This document shows positions 8,279-18,112 of a stretch of DNA of 64,000 nucleotides, one piece after another. Source of the stretch: Candidatus Poribacteria bacterium. Lineage in GTDB: Bacteria > Poribacteria > WGA-4E > WGA-3G. The notes beneath the pieces are model-generated. The model saw only the letters and a program-made list of their open reading frames with translations, searched no databases and had not been told where the DNA came from. Position 1 is the first letter of the stretch. Each line of letters begins with the position of its first letter. Where the stretch lies: NCBI GenBank assembly GCA_965207855.1, contig OZ242310.1, positions 3,444,202 through 3,508,201 of the forward strand, written 5' to 3'. Position numbers and translations under genes: made by a program.

Positions 8279-9484
8279 ATGAAAAAAATAGAGGGTGGAA
8301 TCACCGCCGTCCAAGGTGTCCGGGCAGCAGGTGTGCACGCAGGTATTAAAGCCGCAGATACAAAAGATGTGACACTCATCGTTACCGACACCCCTGCAGC
8401 CGCCGCCGGAGTCTTCACAAAAAATAGCGTCACCGCTGCACCCGTCATCCTATGCCGTGAGCATCTCAGCGATAGACAGGCACAAGCCGTTATCGTCAAT
8501 AGTGGGAACGCCAATGCTTGCACAGGCGAAGTCGGTATGACAAATGCAAGACGGATGGCATCCGCAACAGCCGAGCAGCTCGGTATAGACGCGGGGCTTG
8601 TTCTCGTCTCTTCAACGGGTGTTATCGGACAGCAGCTGCCGATGGACAAAATCGAAAGTGGAATCCAAACCGCCGTAGAAGCACTCAGTACCGAAGGCGG
8701 AGGCGATGCTGCGGAAGGTATTATGACGACCGATACACACCCGAAATCTATCGCCGTAGAGGCGGAGATTGACGGCGCACCCGTGAGGATTGGTGGAATC
8801 GCTAAAGGGTCTGGCATGGGTGCACCCAATATGGCGACTATGCTCTCCTATCTGACAACAGATGCGCGAATCAACCCTGAAACGCTCCAATCTGCTTTAA
8901 ATCGTGTTGTAGACGATACCTACAACCTCTTAACAATTGACACCGATCGCAGCACAAATGATACCGTGATTCTCCTCGCAACCGGACGTGCTGACAACGC
9001 CGATATTATTGAAGCAACCGGGGAAAATTACGAAGCGTTCTGTGAGGGACTGCAGTTCGTTTGCACCGAGTTAGTGAAGATGCTCGCTCGCGACGGTGAA
9101 GGCGCGACTAAACTTGTTGAGGTAGTCGTTACACACGCCAAAAACCGCGAAGATGCGGAAAAAGCCGCCCGTGCTGTCGCCGAGTCACCGCTCGTCAAAA
9201 CCGCTATTTTCGGCAACGATGCCAATTGGGGACGCATTATGATGGCAATCGGTAAATCTGAAGCAGAATTCGATCCGTATCAGGTGGATGTCTGGATTGC
9301 CGATTATCAACTCGTCAAAGACGGAATGGATGCCGGTTACGATGAAGACAAAGCCACCGCTTTATTCGCGCAAGATTCCCTGCGGATCACGATTGATCTT
9401 CGGGCTGGGGACGCTGAAATCACAATGTGGACGTGCGATTACTCCTATGACTACATCCGAATCAATGCGGATTACCGGACCTAA
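8279..9484 (+). CDS. argJ: Bifunctional glutamate N-acetyltransferase / amino-acid acetyltransferase ArgJ
   Basis: 401 aa. The autoproteolytic ATML..T motif (PNMATMLSYLTTDA) and the overall ArgJ pattern are present. Confidence 0.9.
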   Translation: MKKIEGGITAVQGVRAAGVHAGIKAADTKDVTLIVTDTPAAAAGVFTKNSVTAAPVILCREHLSDRQAQAVIVNSGNANACTGEVGMTNARRMASATAEQLGIDAGLVLVSSTGVIGQQLPMDKIESGIQTAVEALSTEGGGDAAEGIMTTDTHPKSIAVEAEIDGAPVRIGGIAKGSGMGAPNMATMLSYLTTDARINPETLQSALNRVVDDTYNLLTIDTDRSTNDTVILLATGRADNADIIEATGENYEAFCEGLQFVCTELVKMLARDGEGATKLVEVVVTHAKNREDAEKAARAVAESPLVKTAIFGNDANWGRIMMAIGKSEAEFDPYQVDVWIADYQLVKDGMDAGYDEDKATALFAQDSLRITIDLRAGDAEITMWTCDYSYDYIRINADYRT

Positions 9485-9586
9485 CGTTCAAGAAAAAGGA
9501 AGAGAAAAATGAGACACACAACTGAAATCAAACTTGCGAATTTTTGACGAAAATTCAAACTTCTGCTATTTTACTGAAAAATTAAC

Positions 9587-9620
9587 TTGACATTCAATCG
9601 CGGGTATGTTAAACTATATA
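9587..9620 (+). promoter_or_regulatory. Sigma70-like promoter TTGACA-N17-TAAACT upstream of the tRNA cluster
   Basis: CTTGACATTCAATCGCGGGTATGTTAAACT lies about 50 nt upstream of tRNA-Gly. Confidence 0.45.
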
Positions 9621-9669
9621 CGTTTTTGAAATCCGCAGAATATTTTTCTGCGCGGGTTGATAAAAAAGT

Positions 9670-9744
9670 GCGGGAGTAGCTCAGTGGTAGAGCTCCACCT
9701 TGCCAAGGTGGAAGTCGCGAGTTCAAATCTCGTCTCCCGCCCCA
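9670..9744 (+). tRNA. tRNA-Gly (anticodon GCC)
   Basis: The acceptor stem GCGGGAG/CTCCCGC pairs. The anticodon loop is TTGCCAA, a GTTCAAAT T-loop is present, and CCA is encoded. Confidence 0.85.
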
Positions 9745-9750
9745 TCTTAA

Positions 9751-9825
9751 GGTGGCGTAGCCAAGTGGTAAGGCCAGAGTCTGCAAAACTCTTATTCGTC
9801 GGTTCGATTCCGACCGCCACCTCCA
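9751..9825 (+). tRNA. tRNA-Cys (anticodon GCA)
   Basis: The acceptor stem GGTGGCG/CGCCACC pairs. The anticodon loop is CTGCAAA, the T-loop is GGTTCGATTCC, and CCA is encoded. Confidence 0.85.
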
Positions 9826-9844
9826 TTATTATCTTTCCAAGAAC

Positions 9845-9918
9845 GGGCGGTTAGCTCAGGTGGCTAGAGCGTTTGCTTGACATGCAAGAGGTCACAGGTT
9901 CAAGTCCTGTACCGCCCA
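9845..9918 (+). tRNA. tRNA-Val (anticodon GAC)
   Basis: The acceptor stem GGGCGGT/ACCGCCC pairs. The anticodon loop is CTTGACATG, as in bacterial tRNA-Val(GAC). The T-loop is GGTTCAAGTCC. Confidence 0.8.
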
Positions 9919-10122
9919 TTTTTCTCTCTTCCAACTTCCCTCATACCAGTACCGCCCCTATACCGATTCTGTCAGATTTCACTAACGCTTGCTCGTAGTC
10001 GGGAAACCATTCATTGCCCGTTAACCAGCGACATATTCAACAACCCAAAAAATCCTAAAATCCTGCAAGTCCTGATTCAGACAGACACCGAAACTCCAGT
10101 TTTCCACGTTTCCATTCTTCCT

Positions 10123-10147
10123 GTAGGAGCGACCTTTGGTCGCGACT
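10123..10147. repeat. REP-like unit TGTAGGAGCGACCTTTGGTCGCGAC
   Basis: Hairpin GCGACC/GGTCGC. Same family as the units at 4814 and 16276. Confidence 0.5.
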
Positions 10148-10426
10148 CTTACCTTTAACACCAATAACTGTTCTGCTATCCAGCTAGAAAAATAATTGGC
10201 ATTTCGCCGTCAGATGGTGTACAATAATTAGGCAGGGCTATTCAGTTTTAGACTTTTTAACCATTTCGGTTAGGAAGTCTAAAACAGGGTTCGCTCCTAT
10301 GGGAAAGAGTCGAGAATCAGAAGCTCCATCCTATAGAAGAACCAAATGTCCCTGGAATGGATTTACCTTTAACTAACAGTTGAAGCCTCCATGCCCACAA
10401 ACCAATAAAGAAAAGCGGAGAAATAG

Positions 10427-10888
10427 ATGAACTCTGAAAAAGGCTATGCAGTCCTTCTTCCTGAAAACTATCCATGGAAAATATCCAACAGCATGAAACT
10501 CCCTAATGCCTATATTACGGTTCCGTTAGGAAGTGAGAATCTGAGGGCACGGTACTGGAAACTTCCACCGTATTCTGCCAATACCTTACACAAACATGTA
10601 AGTTCAGAAGAACTTTATATTGTGCTTGAAGGGACGGGCAAAATTCGTATTGAAGATGAGACTATCAGGGTCCCAAAATACGGGTCGGTCCTCGTTGCCC
10701 CTGAAAGGATACGTCAAATCTTCAATGACACACCTCAAGAGGTCCTGTGGCTTATTGTCGGAGAACCCGAACCGGAATTAGAAGGCAATCAAGAATTTCG
10801 CCCTGAGATGTTTTATCCCCAAAACCCGCAACAACTGCCGAAAGAATTAACTGGACATCAATGGCCGCCCAAGGAGAAAAATGGTTGA
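10427..10888 (+). CDS. Cupin-domain protein
   Basis: 153 aa. A cupin_2-like core is present: HKHVSSEELYIVLEGTG...YGSVLVAPERIRQIFN. Confidence 0.6.
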   Translation: MNSEKGYAVLLPENYPWKISNSMKLPNAYITVPLGSENLRARYWKLPPYSANTLHKHVSSEELYIVLEGTGKIRIEDETIRVPKYGSVLVAPERIRQIFNDTPQEVLWLIVGEPEPELEGNQEFRPEMFYPQNPQQLPKELTGHQWPPKEKNG

Positions 10889-10920
10889 AGAGATAGGACT
10901 TCGACTCCGGTAGCACGCAA

Positions 10921-11018
10921 GGTCATTTGGTTTTAAGAATTTATGCAGCGCGGTTAGGAAACCGTACCTACCGGGCCTTAGGGGTAAAAAATCAGTAGAG
11001 TGGAAAACTAAATGCCCC
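10921..11018. repeat. MITE-like dispersed repeat, copy C: termini GGTCATTTGGTTTTAAG ... GAAAACTAAATGCCCC
   Basis: Inverted termini about 98 bp apart, lying immediately upstream of thrS. Confidence 0.5.
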
Positions 11019-11115
11019 AAATAATTAAACGTAAACAGTGTACGAAAAAAGACGTTAAGTCTATTGTCAACAATTTTTAAACCCATACGAATTGACATAA
11101 TGAGAGTAGATCCCA

Positions 11116-12903
11116 ATGCGTGAATCCAATCAACCTGAAGACTACCTACAACGCTTACGCCATTCAACCGCGCACATCATGGCGTATGCCGTCCAACAAC
11201 TATTCCCAGATGGCGAACGGACCGTTAAACTCGCAATCGGCCCCCCGATTGAGAACGAGTTCTATTACGATATGGAGGTGCCACGCCCTATTACACCCGA
11301 CGATTTCCCGGAGATCGAAAAGCACATGAAGGCGATGATTAAAGCCAATGTGCCTTTCCAACAGGAGACGTGGACCTACGATGAGGCTCGCGAATGGTTT
11401 GGCGAACGAAACCAAAAATTCAAACTCGAATTAATCGACGGAATCTCCGATCAGGAAGTCAACGCCAGTGATGAAGGGGTCGCTGACGAAGGTGTTTCTA
11501 TCTATCACAACGGTGATTTCACTGACCTCTGTAAAGGACCGCACGTCGAGAAAACAGGCGAGTGCCGATATTTCAAACTGCTCCGCGTTTCTGGAGCCTA
11601 TTGGCGCGGCGATGGCAATCGCGAGCAGTTACAACGCATTTATGGTACCGCATGGGAGACCAAAGCCGACCTTCAGGCATACTTAACACAACGCGAAGAA
11701 GCCGCCAAACGCGACCATCGCAGACTCGGACGCGAACTGGAACTGTTTCAGATGCATCCTGAATCTCCGGGTAGTCCTTTTTGGCTTCCCAAAGGCGCAT
11801 TCATCTATAATCTCTTGTCTGAAAAGGTACGGAAACTCTATATCAGTGAAGGGTATCAAGAGGTACGGACACCGCTCGTCTACGATAGCAGTCTCTGGGA
11901 AACCTCTGGACATTGGGAACACTTCAAGGAGAATATGTTCCTCATTGAAAGTGAGGACGGTGGATCGGTAAGTGCACTTAAACCGATGAACTGTCCGGCG
12001 CACATGCTTATCTATAAAAGTGCGCGCCACAGTTATCGCGACCTGCCTTACCGTCTACACGACCAAGGCGTGTTGCATCGCAACGAAGCCACTGGCACGC
12101 TCACCGGTTTGTCGCGCGTCCGTCAGATGTGTCAAGACGACGCTCACAACTTCGTTACCGAAGACCAGATTGCCGATGAATATGAACGCATCCTTGGGCT
12201 TTTTGACCGTATCTATGGGACATTTGATTTACCGTTCCGATGCGATTTGAGTACACGCAATCCTGACAAGTTCATGGGTGATGTTGAGGTCTGGAATCGT
12301 GCGGAAAACATGCTTGAGAGTGTGTTGAAAAACAACCAGATTGAGTATAGCATTGATCCAGGGGAAGCAGCGTTTTACGGTCCCAAACTCGATTTTCAGG
12401 TGCGTGATTCACTCAACCGAGATGTCCAATGTGCTACCGTCCAACTCGATTTTCAACTTCCTGAACGGTTTGAACTCATCTATGTCGCACCCGATGGATC
12501 CGAGAAACGACCTGTCGTTATCCATCGTGCGATTTGTGGGAGTTTTGAACGTTTCATCGCCATGCTCATTGAGCATTATGCCGGTGCGTTTCCGACGTGG
12601 CTCTCTCCCGTCCAATGTGTTGTGATGACGATCAGTCAACGCTTCGTTGACTACGCCACAGAGGTCCATCAGTTGCTATCGCAAAAGGGGTGTCGGGTTG
12701 AATTGGATAACAGCGACGATAAGATTGGGGCAAAAATCCGTCTCGCCCGTTTGCAACGTGTCCCCTATATGTTGATCATCGGTGGACGTGAACAGGAGAA
12801 CCGCACCGTCAGTGTCCGAAGTCGAGATGAAGGCGACATCGGCGCGATGGCACTTGATACTTTCGTTGAAAAAATTGCTCAAGAAGCCGATTTAGATTTT
12901 TAA
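11116..12903 (+). CDS. thrS: Threonine--tRNA ligase lacking the N-terminal TGS (N1) domain
   Basis: Residue by residue it aligns with E. coli ThrRS from the N2 editing domain onward (RHSTAHIMAYAVQQLFP ...). Class-II motifs and the anticodon-binding domain are present. Length is 595 aa against about 640. Confidence 0.9.
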   Translation: MRESNQPEDYLQRLRHSTAHIMAYAVQQLFPDGERTVKLAIGPPIENEFYYDMEVPRPITPDDFPEIEKHMKAMIKANVPFQQETWTYDEAREWFGERNQKFKLELIDGISDQEVNASDEGVADEGVSIYHNGDFTDLCKGPHVEKTGECRYFKLLRVSGAYWRGDGNREQLQRIYGTAWETKADLQAYLTQREEAAKRDHRRLGRELELFQMHPESPGSPFWLPKGAFIYNLLSEKVRKLYISEGYQEVRTPLVYDSSLWETSGHWEHFKENMFLIESEDGGSVSALKPMNCPAHMLIYKSARHSYRDLPYRLHDQGVLHRNEATGTLTGLSRVRQMCQDDAHNFVTEDQIADEYERILGLFDRIYGTFDLPFRCDLSTRNPDKFMGDVEVWNRAENMLESVLKNNQIEYSIDPGEAAFYGPKLDFQVRDSLNRDVQCATVQLDFQLPERFELIYVAPDGSEKRPVVIHRAICGSFERFIAMLIEHYAGAFPTWLSPVQCVVMTISQRFVDYATEVHQLLSQKGCRVELDNSDDKIGAKIRLARLQRVPYMLIIGGREQENRTVSVRSRDEGDIGAMALDTFVEKIAQEADLDF

Positions 12904-13005
12904 ATGGTTGTCGGTTATCGGTTGCAAAGGTTTCCCTTTTAACCGATAACCAACTGATAACCGACAACTGACAACCGACGACTATAAAAAAAAGGAGTAT
13001 TCCGA

Positions 13006-13638
13006 ATGTATAAGTTTCTGTCAACTCAATTTGCCGTATATGGATTAACAATCTCCGCTATCTTAATTGGAATCTTAGCTTTCAGCGGTTGTGGGGGTTC
13101 TAAACAGGTCACTCGCGTTGACGCTGACACCACGATTGATTTGTCAGGACGTTGGAACGATACAGATTCACGTATGGTTGCCGACGAGATTATTGGTGAT
13201 TGTCTGAGCCACCCTTGGATTAACGATCACGGTATAAATACGGGCGGGAAACCCGTCGTGATTGTTGGAGGGATCCGTAATAAGAGTATGGAACATATCC
13301 CTGTCGCTACCTTTATAACCGACATTGAACGGGCATTTATCAATTCTGGGAAAGTCCGTACTGTATCCGGTTCGAGTGAACGTGGCGAAATTCGCGAGGA
13401 ACGTGCTGACCAAGGAGAATTCGCTGCCCTTGAGACTGTCAAACGGATGGGACGTGAACTCGGCGCAGATTATATGATGACTGGCGAAATTAACACCATC
13501 GAAGACCGTGAAGGTGGCGATCAGGTTGTTTTCTATCAGACAGACCTCACTCTGACAAATATCGAAACGAACGAGAAAATCTGGATTGGGAACAAAAAGA
13601 TTAAGAAATTTATCGGGCGCGACAAGTTTAAACTGTAG
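13006..13638 (+). CDS. LpoB-like (COG3417-type) outer-membrane lipoprotein
   Basis: Lipobox LAFSGC. The C-terminal domain resembles the penicillin-binding-protein activator LpoB/FlgO-like fold, recalled from memory. Confidence 0.4.
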   Translation: MYKFLSTQFAVYGLTISAILIGILAFSGCGGSKQVTRVDADTTIDLSGRWNDTDSRMVADEIIGDCLSHPWINDHGINTGGKPVVIVGGIRNKSMEHIPVATFITDIERAFINSGKVRTVSGSSERGEIREERADQGEFAALETVKRMGRELGADYMMTGEINTIEDREGGDQVVFYQTDLTLTNIETNEKIWIGNKKIKKFIGRDKFKL

Positions 13639-13741
13639 GATGTCCGTAACGCCTCTGTTTGAGCGGGGCCCCGTGCCCCTAATCTGTTCGGATGGGTCTC
13701 CGTGCCCACCCGCTCCGACTCGTTTGAAAACTACAAAATAT

Positions 13742-15073
13742 ATGATTAAAGCTCTCCCGTTTCTGCTTATTACCTCTCTACTGATAGGGTGTGGCGGTTA
13801 TAAGTTTTCAGAAGTTATAGCACCTTTGGAGACAGGACAGCCAGAAGCTGCCTATACCTATCTTCAGAAACACGCACCGAAAAACCCTGATATTCCCTTT
13901 CTGTTTGACCTTGGACTCGTTGCCCATTATGCCAACCACTTCACTGAGAGCAGTGCAGCGTTGGATCAAGCCGGAGATATCGCCGAGGATCGCTATACCA
14001 AGAGTGTTTCAAAAGAAGTAACTTCATTGGTTACTTCCGACAAATTGCGTCCGTATGCTGGAACCCGATATGAGCGACTTTTAAGCCACTACTATCGCGC
14101 ACTCAACTATATCTACCGCGGTCAGTTAGACGGTGCCTTGGTGGAATGCCGCCGCGCTACGGCTCTCATTGACTACTTCAAAAGCGATGATAAGTATGAT
14201 TTCTTCGGTGCCGGGTTTCTTGCGAATCTCTCTGGTATGGTTTTTGAGGCCGCAGGCGAATGGAACGATGCTTATATTTCCTACAGACAAGCCGTGGAAT
14301 ACTATCAGAACGCTGCTGAGAAAACCGGTGTACCGATGCCAGCTGACATTGGTAATTCACTCGTGCGGTTGACTCGCAAACTCGGGTTCACCGACGAGTT
14401 TGAGCGTTACCGAAATCAATACGGCGAACCTCCACCGCGTCCTGAAAATACCGGTGAGTTGATTCTCTTTTATGAAAGTGGCTACGTGCCACCCAAAACT
14501 GAAGAGGCTTTGACGTTTCCTATCCTGAAAATAGACAATGTGGAGGACGAAAAGTTTGTTCCGACGCTTGTAGGACGCGAAGGCAGGGTCTATAAGGATG
14601 TCGAATTGGAATATCTCCTACGGGTCGCGATACCCACAATCGGTTCCCTTCGCCCTCGCTTTGCAGGAATCGAGGTGACAGTAGCGCAAAGTCAAGAGAG
14701 AGGCACGCTTGTAGCAGACGTGGAGAGCATCGCCGTAGAGACCTTTAATGCGGAGCGTCCTATCATTCTTCTACGAACCTTAGTCCGCGCTGTAGGGAAA
14801 TACTTGATTTACCGAAAGGCAAACAAGGAAAATGAGGCGTTAGGGCTGCTTGTAAACCTTGCGGGTGCTGTGACGGAGCAGGCGGACACACGCTCGTGGA
14901 AGACGCTACCGAATCAAATTTTTGTCGTGCGGATGCCGGTTCCCGCAGGCACGCATACACTCGATCTCTCTTTTTTAAATGCCAACGGACGAATCAGTCG
15001 ACAAGAATCCGTTCCAGATGTTAAAATTAATCCGAATCGGATAACCTTTCTCAATTACCGAACTTATGAATGA
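13742..15073 (+). CDS. Lipoprotein with TPR-like helical repeats (start re-called at MIKALPF; track ORF is 13586..15073)
   Basis: Lipobox LLIGCGG. It is probably co-transcribed with the LpoB-like gene. Confidence 0.45.
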   Translation: MIKALPFLLITSLLIGCGGYKFSEVIAPLETGQPEAAYTYLQKHAPKNPDIPFLFDLGLVAHYANHFTESSAALDQAGDIAEDRYTKSVSKEVTSLVTSDKLRPYAGTRYERLLSHYYRALNYIYRGQLDGALVECRRATALIDYFKSDDKYDFFGAGFLANLSGMVFEAAGEWNDAYISYRQAVEYYQNAAEKTGVPMPADIGNSLVRLTRKLGFTDEFERYRNQYGEPPPRPENTGELILFYESGYVPPKTEEALTFPILKIDNVEDEKFVPTLVGREGRVYKDVELEYLLRVAIPTIGSLRPRFAGIEVTVAQSQERGTLVADVESIAVETFNAERPIILLRTLVRAVGKYLIYRKANKENEALGLLVNLAGAVTEQADTRSWKTLPNQIFVVRMPVPAGTHTLDLSFLNANGRISRQESVPDVKINPNRITFLNYRTYE

Positions 15074-15104
15074 TCTGTTTCAGATCGCGATATAGACAAA
15101 AAAC

Positions 15105-16265
15105 ATGCAACGCATCTACTTAGATTACAACGCCACAACGCCGCTCCGTCCCGAAGTCCGTGACGCAATGATGCCCTATCTCACCGAGGCGTTCGGTAAC
15201 GGCTCCAGTATCCACGCCTACGGACGCGAAGCACGCACTGCCATTGACACCGCACGCGAACAGGTCGCCGAGCTCATCAGTGCCAAGAGTCCAAGCGAAA
15301 TTGTCTTCACCGGTAGTGGTACCGAGTCAGATAACCACGCCATCAAAGGTTTAACCGAGTTGCAAAAGAGCCGCAGCAAAGGTAACCACATCATCACTTC
15401 GTCTGTAGAGCACCACGCCGTTTTGCATACCTGTCAGTACTTGGAGCAACGCGGTTTCGAGGTAACCTACCTTCCTGTGGATAGATACGGACGGATAAGC
15501 ATTGAACAACTCCGCGAGGCGATCCGAGATACTACAATCTTCATCTCCATTATGCACGTCAACAACGAGAACGGCACCATCCAACCGCTCGAAGATATAT
15601 GCGAAGTTGCACAGGAACACGATATTCCACTCCATACCGATGCCGTGCAATCGGTCGGTAAATTGGAGATGAACGTTCAGGAGCTCGGCGTGAACCTTCT
15701 CGCGTTCTCTGGGCACAAGGTCTATGCCCCCAAGGGTATCGGTGTCCTCTATATCCGCCGCGGCACCCGACTCGCCAACCTCGTCCACGGCGGTTCGCAT
15801 GAACGCAACCGACGTGCTGGGTCCGAGAACGTCCCCGCTATCGTCGGACTTGGGGCTGCCGCAGATCTCGCCAAACAGGAACAGGCTGCTTATGCCACAC
15901 ATCTGAGTGGACTCACGCACCGCTTGCGCCAAGGCTTAGATGCGCACATTGAGCGGCTTCACTATAACGGACATCCTGACCACTGCGCGCCCGGCACGCT
16001 TAATGTTTCATTTGAATCTGTCGAAGGTGAAAGTCTTATCTTACGCTTGGACATGGAGGGTATCTGTGTCTCAACGGGTTCCGCGTGTACCTCTGGTTCT
16101 ATGGAACCCTCACACGTTCTCGCCGCGCTCGGCTTACCGCCGAGATTAGCACAAGGCACTGTCCGCTTTTCGCTGGGTAGAAACACAACCGAAGCCGAAA
16201 TTGATACTGTTATTGCTAAATTGCCGAAAGTCATCCAACAGATGCGCACCCTGTATAGAGGATAG
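15105..16265 (+). CDS. iscS: Cysteine desulfurase (NifS/IscS class-V aminotransferase)
   Basis: PLP-lysine region SGHKVYAPKGIGVLY, and the active-site Cys loop STGSACTSGS. Confidence 0.85.
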   Translation: MQRIYLDYNATTPLRPEVRDAMMPYLTEAFGNGSSIHAYGREARTAIDTAREQVAELISAKSPSEIVFTGSGTESDNHAIKGLTELQKSRSKGNHIITSSVEHHAVLHTCQYLEQRGFEVTYLPVDRYGRISIEQLREAIRDTTIFISIMHVNNENGTIQPLEDICEVAQEHDIPLHTDAVQSVGKLEMNVQELGVNLLAFSGHKVYAPKGIGVLYIRRGTRLANLVHGGSHERNRRAGSENVPAIVGLGAAADLAKQEQAAYATHLSGLTHRLRQGLDAHIERLHYNGHPDHCAPGTLNVSFESVEGESLILRLDMEGICVSTGSACTSGSMEPSHVLAALGLPPRLAQGTVRFSLGRNTTEAEIDTVIAKLPKVIQQMRTLYRG

Positions 16266-16275
16266 ACGCTCTTCT

Positions 16276-16301
16276 TGTAGGAGCGATTTCCCAATCGCGA
16301 C
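16276..16301. repeat. REP-like unit TGTAGGAGCGATTTCCCAATCGCGAC
   Basis: Hairpin GCGATT/AATCGC immediately after the iscS stop codon, followed by TTTTG. It may double as a terminator. Confidence 0.5.
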
Positions 16302-16425
16302 TTTTGACCGAACCGATTTCTAAAAACACCCAAAAGAGTCCCTTTTTGTGCAGTTGCATGTCCTTTTTCGTGCAGCCTGACTCCTTAAATCCACGAATTT
16401 CTCCCAAATCTATCGTTTTTAGCAT

Positions 16426-16440
16426 TGGCACAGAAATTGC
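16426..16440 (+). promoter_or_regulatory. Sigma-54 (-24/-12)-type promoter TGGCAC-N5-TTGC
   Basis: TTGGCACAGAAATTGCG matches the RpoN consensus exactly. It lies 45 nt upstream of the 16485 start. Confidence 0.5.
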
Positions 16441-16484
16441 GCTTATCTCCATATCAACAATTTATGCCTTGGAGGTAAGGGCAA

Positions 16485-17951
16485 ATGAACCGAAAACTGA
16501 CCTTGTCCGCTTTCACGATTGCGGTGGTGTTACACACAATCATTGCTTTTGTTGTTGGGATGTATCTCCTCACACAAACAGCACAATTCAGAGATCTTAT
16601 CGGTATCGAAGTATTCCAACCCAAGGAACCACCGAAACCCAAGGTTGGAAGGGCTGCTATGGAACTTCCTGTTAAACCGACAGTTCCAACAAAAAATACT
16701 GTCATCGAACAGGTTCCGGTACAACCCCGTTTAAGCACTATTTTCCTTCGCCAGCCGAAGCTTCAAACGCAGACGGTAATTGAGTTTTCAGAGCAAACCG
16801 TCAAAGTAAAACCACCAAACAACCCGGATGTCCCAAAATTAAGAACAATAGACACCAGGCCATTAACAGACGTGATACAGGCTGATTTGCTGGTATCAGA
16901 TGCCCCCGATGCTTTAGTGTTCTCCGCCCCGGTAATAACAGTCCCCTCCGTCCGAACGAGGCACATCACCCGCGGGATCGCCGGACAATTGAGAATCACT
17001 TTTGAGCATCCACCGGGTCTCACAATGGTCGAGAACGTCGGTGCCGCGCGCGACGCACTCGATGATGTCGTTGAAAACATCATACTCTCTAAGCACAAAA
17101 TCTTACCACTACCGAAGGGCGAACCGGGTGGACGCGTTATCGGTAAAGGTAAAGACATCCAAGGCGTGTTCCGCTTTACACGGATCCGGCACAATCTCTC
17201 TGATTGGTGGGCTGACGCTTCTTCCCTTAACGCATTGACGAAGTGGCTCAATGAGCGTACGAAAATCAAAACCGATATGAGCGTTGAAGGTGGCGGATTG
17301 AAACTGACCGACACAAACCTCTTCAAAACGCCGCTTACTTTTATGACAGGGCATGATCCATCTCTTGCACGCAGTCGTGAGCTTCTCGGGAACGGATATA
17401 GTGCAGGCAAAATAGATGGTCGTTTCACAGAGGCTGAAGCGGCAGGGTTACGTCGCTACCTCGTTGAAAAAGGCGGATTCCTCGTCTTTGACGACTGCGG
17501 TGTGAACGCACCCGCGCAGGCAATGGTGCGACTCTTCCTCGCACAGATGCGCTATGTCATGCCCGAATATCACGTTGAGCGGATTTCCAACAATCATGAG
17601 ATTTATAATAACTTCTATGAAATGGGTGGACCCCCTGTCGGATACGACATCTTCTGGTGGGGCACACGTCCACCGAAACGGAACTTCCTTGAAGGTATCT
17701 CCGTAGGTGCAAAACTCTCCGTCATTGTTGTTCGGCGCGATTACATGTGTGCAATGGAGTCTATCAGTCTCGCGACCCGCAGCGTCCACTATTCACCCGG
17801 CGTCTATCGTTTCATGACAAACGTCGTCGTCTATGCGTTGACGCATGGCGGAATTTCTGACTACTCCGGTTATGTGCCTGAATCGGCGTTAGAAGAGACG
17901 AAATTTCCGGCACGTCCACCTGCAGCTGCAGACCGCATCGGTTTTGAATGA
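16485..17951 (+). CDS. N-terminally membrane-anchored protein with a C-terminal DUF4159-like domain
   Basis: The N-terminus has a TM helix (FTIAVVLHTIIAFVVGMYLL). The C-terminal ~180 aa (FDDCGVN...VVRRDYMCAMES) resemble DUF4159 from aerotolerance/BatA-type loci, recalled from memory. Confidence 0.4.
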   Translation: MNRKLTLSAFTIAVVLHTIIAFVVGMYLLTQTAQFRDLIGIEVFQPKEPPKPKVGRAAMELPVKPTVPTKNTVIEQVPVQPRLSTIFLRQPKLQTQTVIEFSEQTVKVKPPNNPDVPKLRTIDTRPLTDVIQADLLVSDAPDALVFSAPVITVPSVRTRHITRGIAGQLRITFEHPPGLTMVENVGAARDALDDVVENIILSKHKILPLPKGEPGGRVIGKGKDIQGVFRFTRIRHNLSDWWADASSLNALTKWLNERTKIKTDMSVEGGGLKLTDTNLFKTPLTFMTGHDPSLARSRELLGNGYSAGKIDGRFTEAEAAGLRRYLVEKGGFLVFDDCGVNAPAQAMVRLFLAQMRYVMPEYHVERISNNHEIYNNFYEMGGPPVGYDIFWWGTRPPKRNFLEGISVGAKLSVIVVRRDYMCAMESISLATRSVHYSPGVYRFMTNVVVYALTHGGISDYSGYVPESALEETKFPARPPAAADRIGFE

Positions 17952-17982
17952 CGTTTATTGCTCTCTTTTTTTATTGACAAAA

Positions 17983-18012
17983 AAAACAGATGCCATAAAA
18001 TAGGGTGCATAT
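17983..18012 (+). promoter_or_regulatory. Sigma70-like promoter TTGACA-N16-TAAAAT upstream of the Ldh_2 operon
   Basis: TTGACAAAAAAAACAGATGCCATAAAAT. Confidence 0.45.
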
Positions 18013-18047
18013 TCTTTATTACGATTTTCAACTTTAGCAAATCCAAT

Positions 18048-18082
18048 CGTGAATTGACCAGAAACCTGCCCGTAATGAAATG
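18048..18082 (+). promoter_or_regulatory. Conserved 5'-leader motif TCGTGAATTGACCAGAAACCTGCCCGTAATGAAAT followed by a hairpin
   Basis: A near-identical 35-nt motif occurs at 20426..20460 upstream of the SDR gene (28/35 identical). Confidence 0.5.
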
Positions 18083-18112
18083 GAGGGCAGTCCAGGAGCA
18101 ATAGTTTAAAAT

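Noticed and set aside
8260-8829. 189-aa ORF antisense to argJ (and the similar antisense ORFs 8518..8772 and 8612..8890)
   Set aside because: It lies entirely inside the strongly supported argJ frame. It has a low-complexity Ala/Ser/Pro composition typical of a GC-rich antisense frame, and no RBS.
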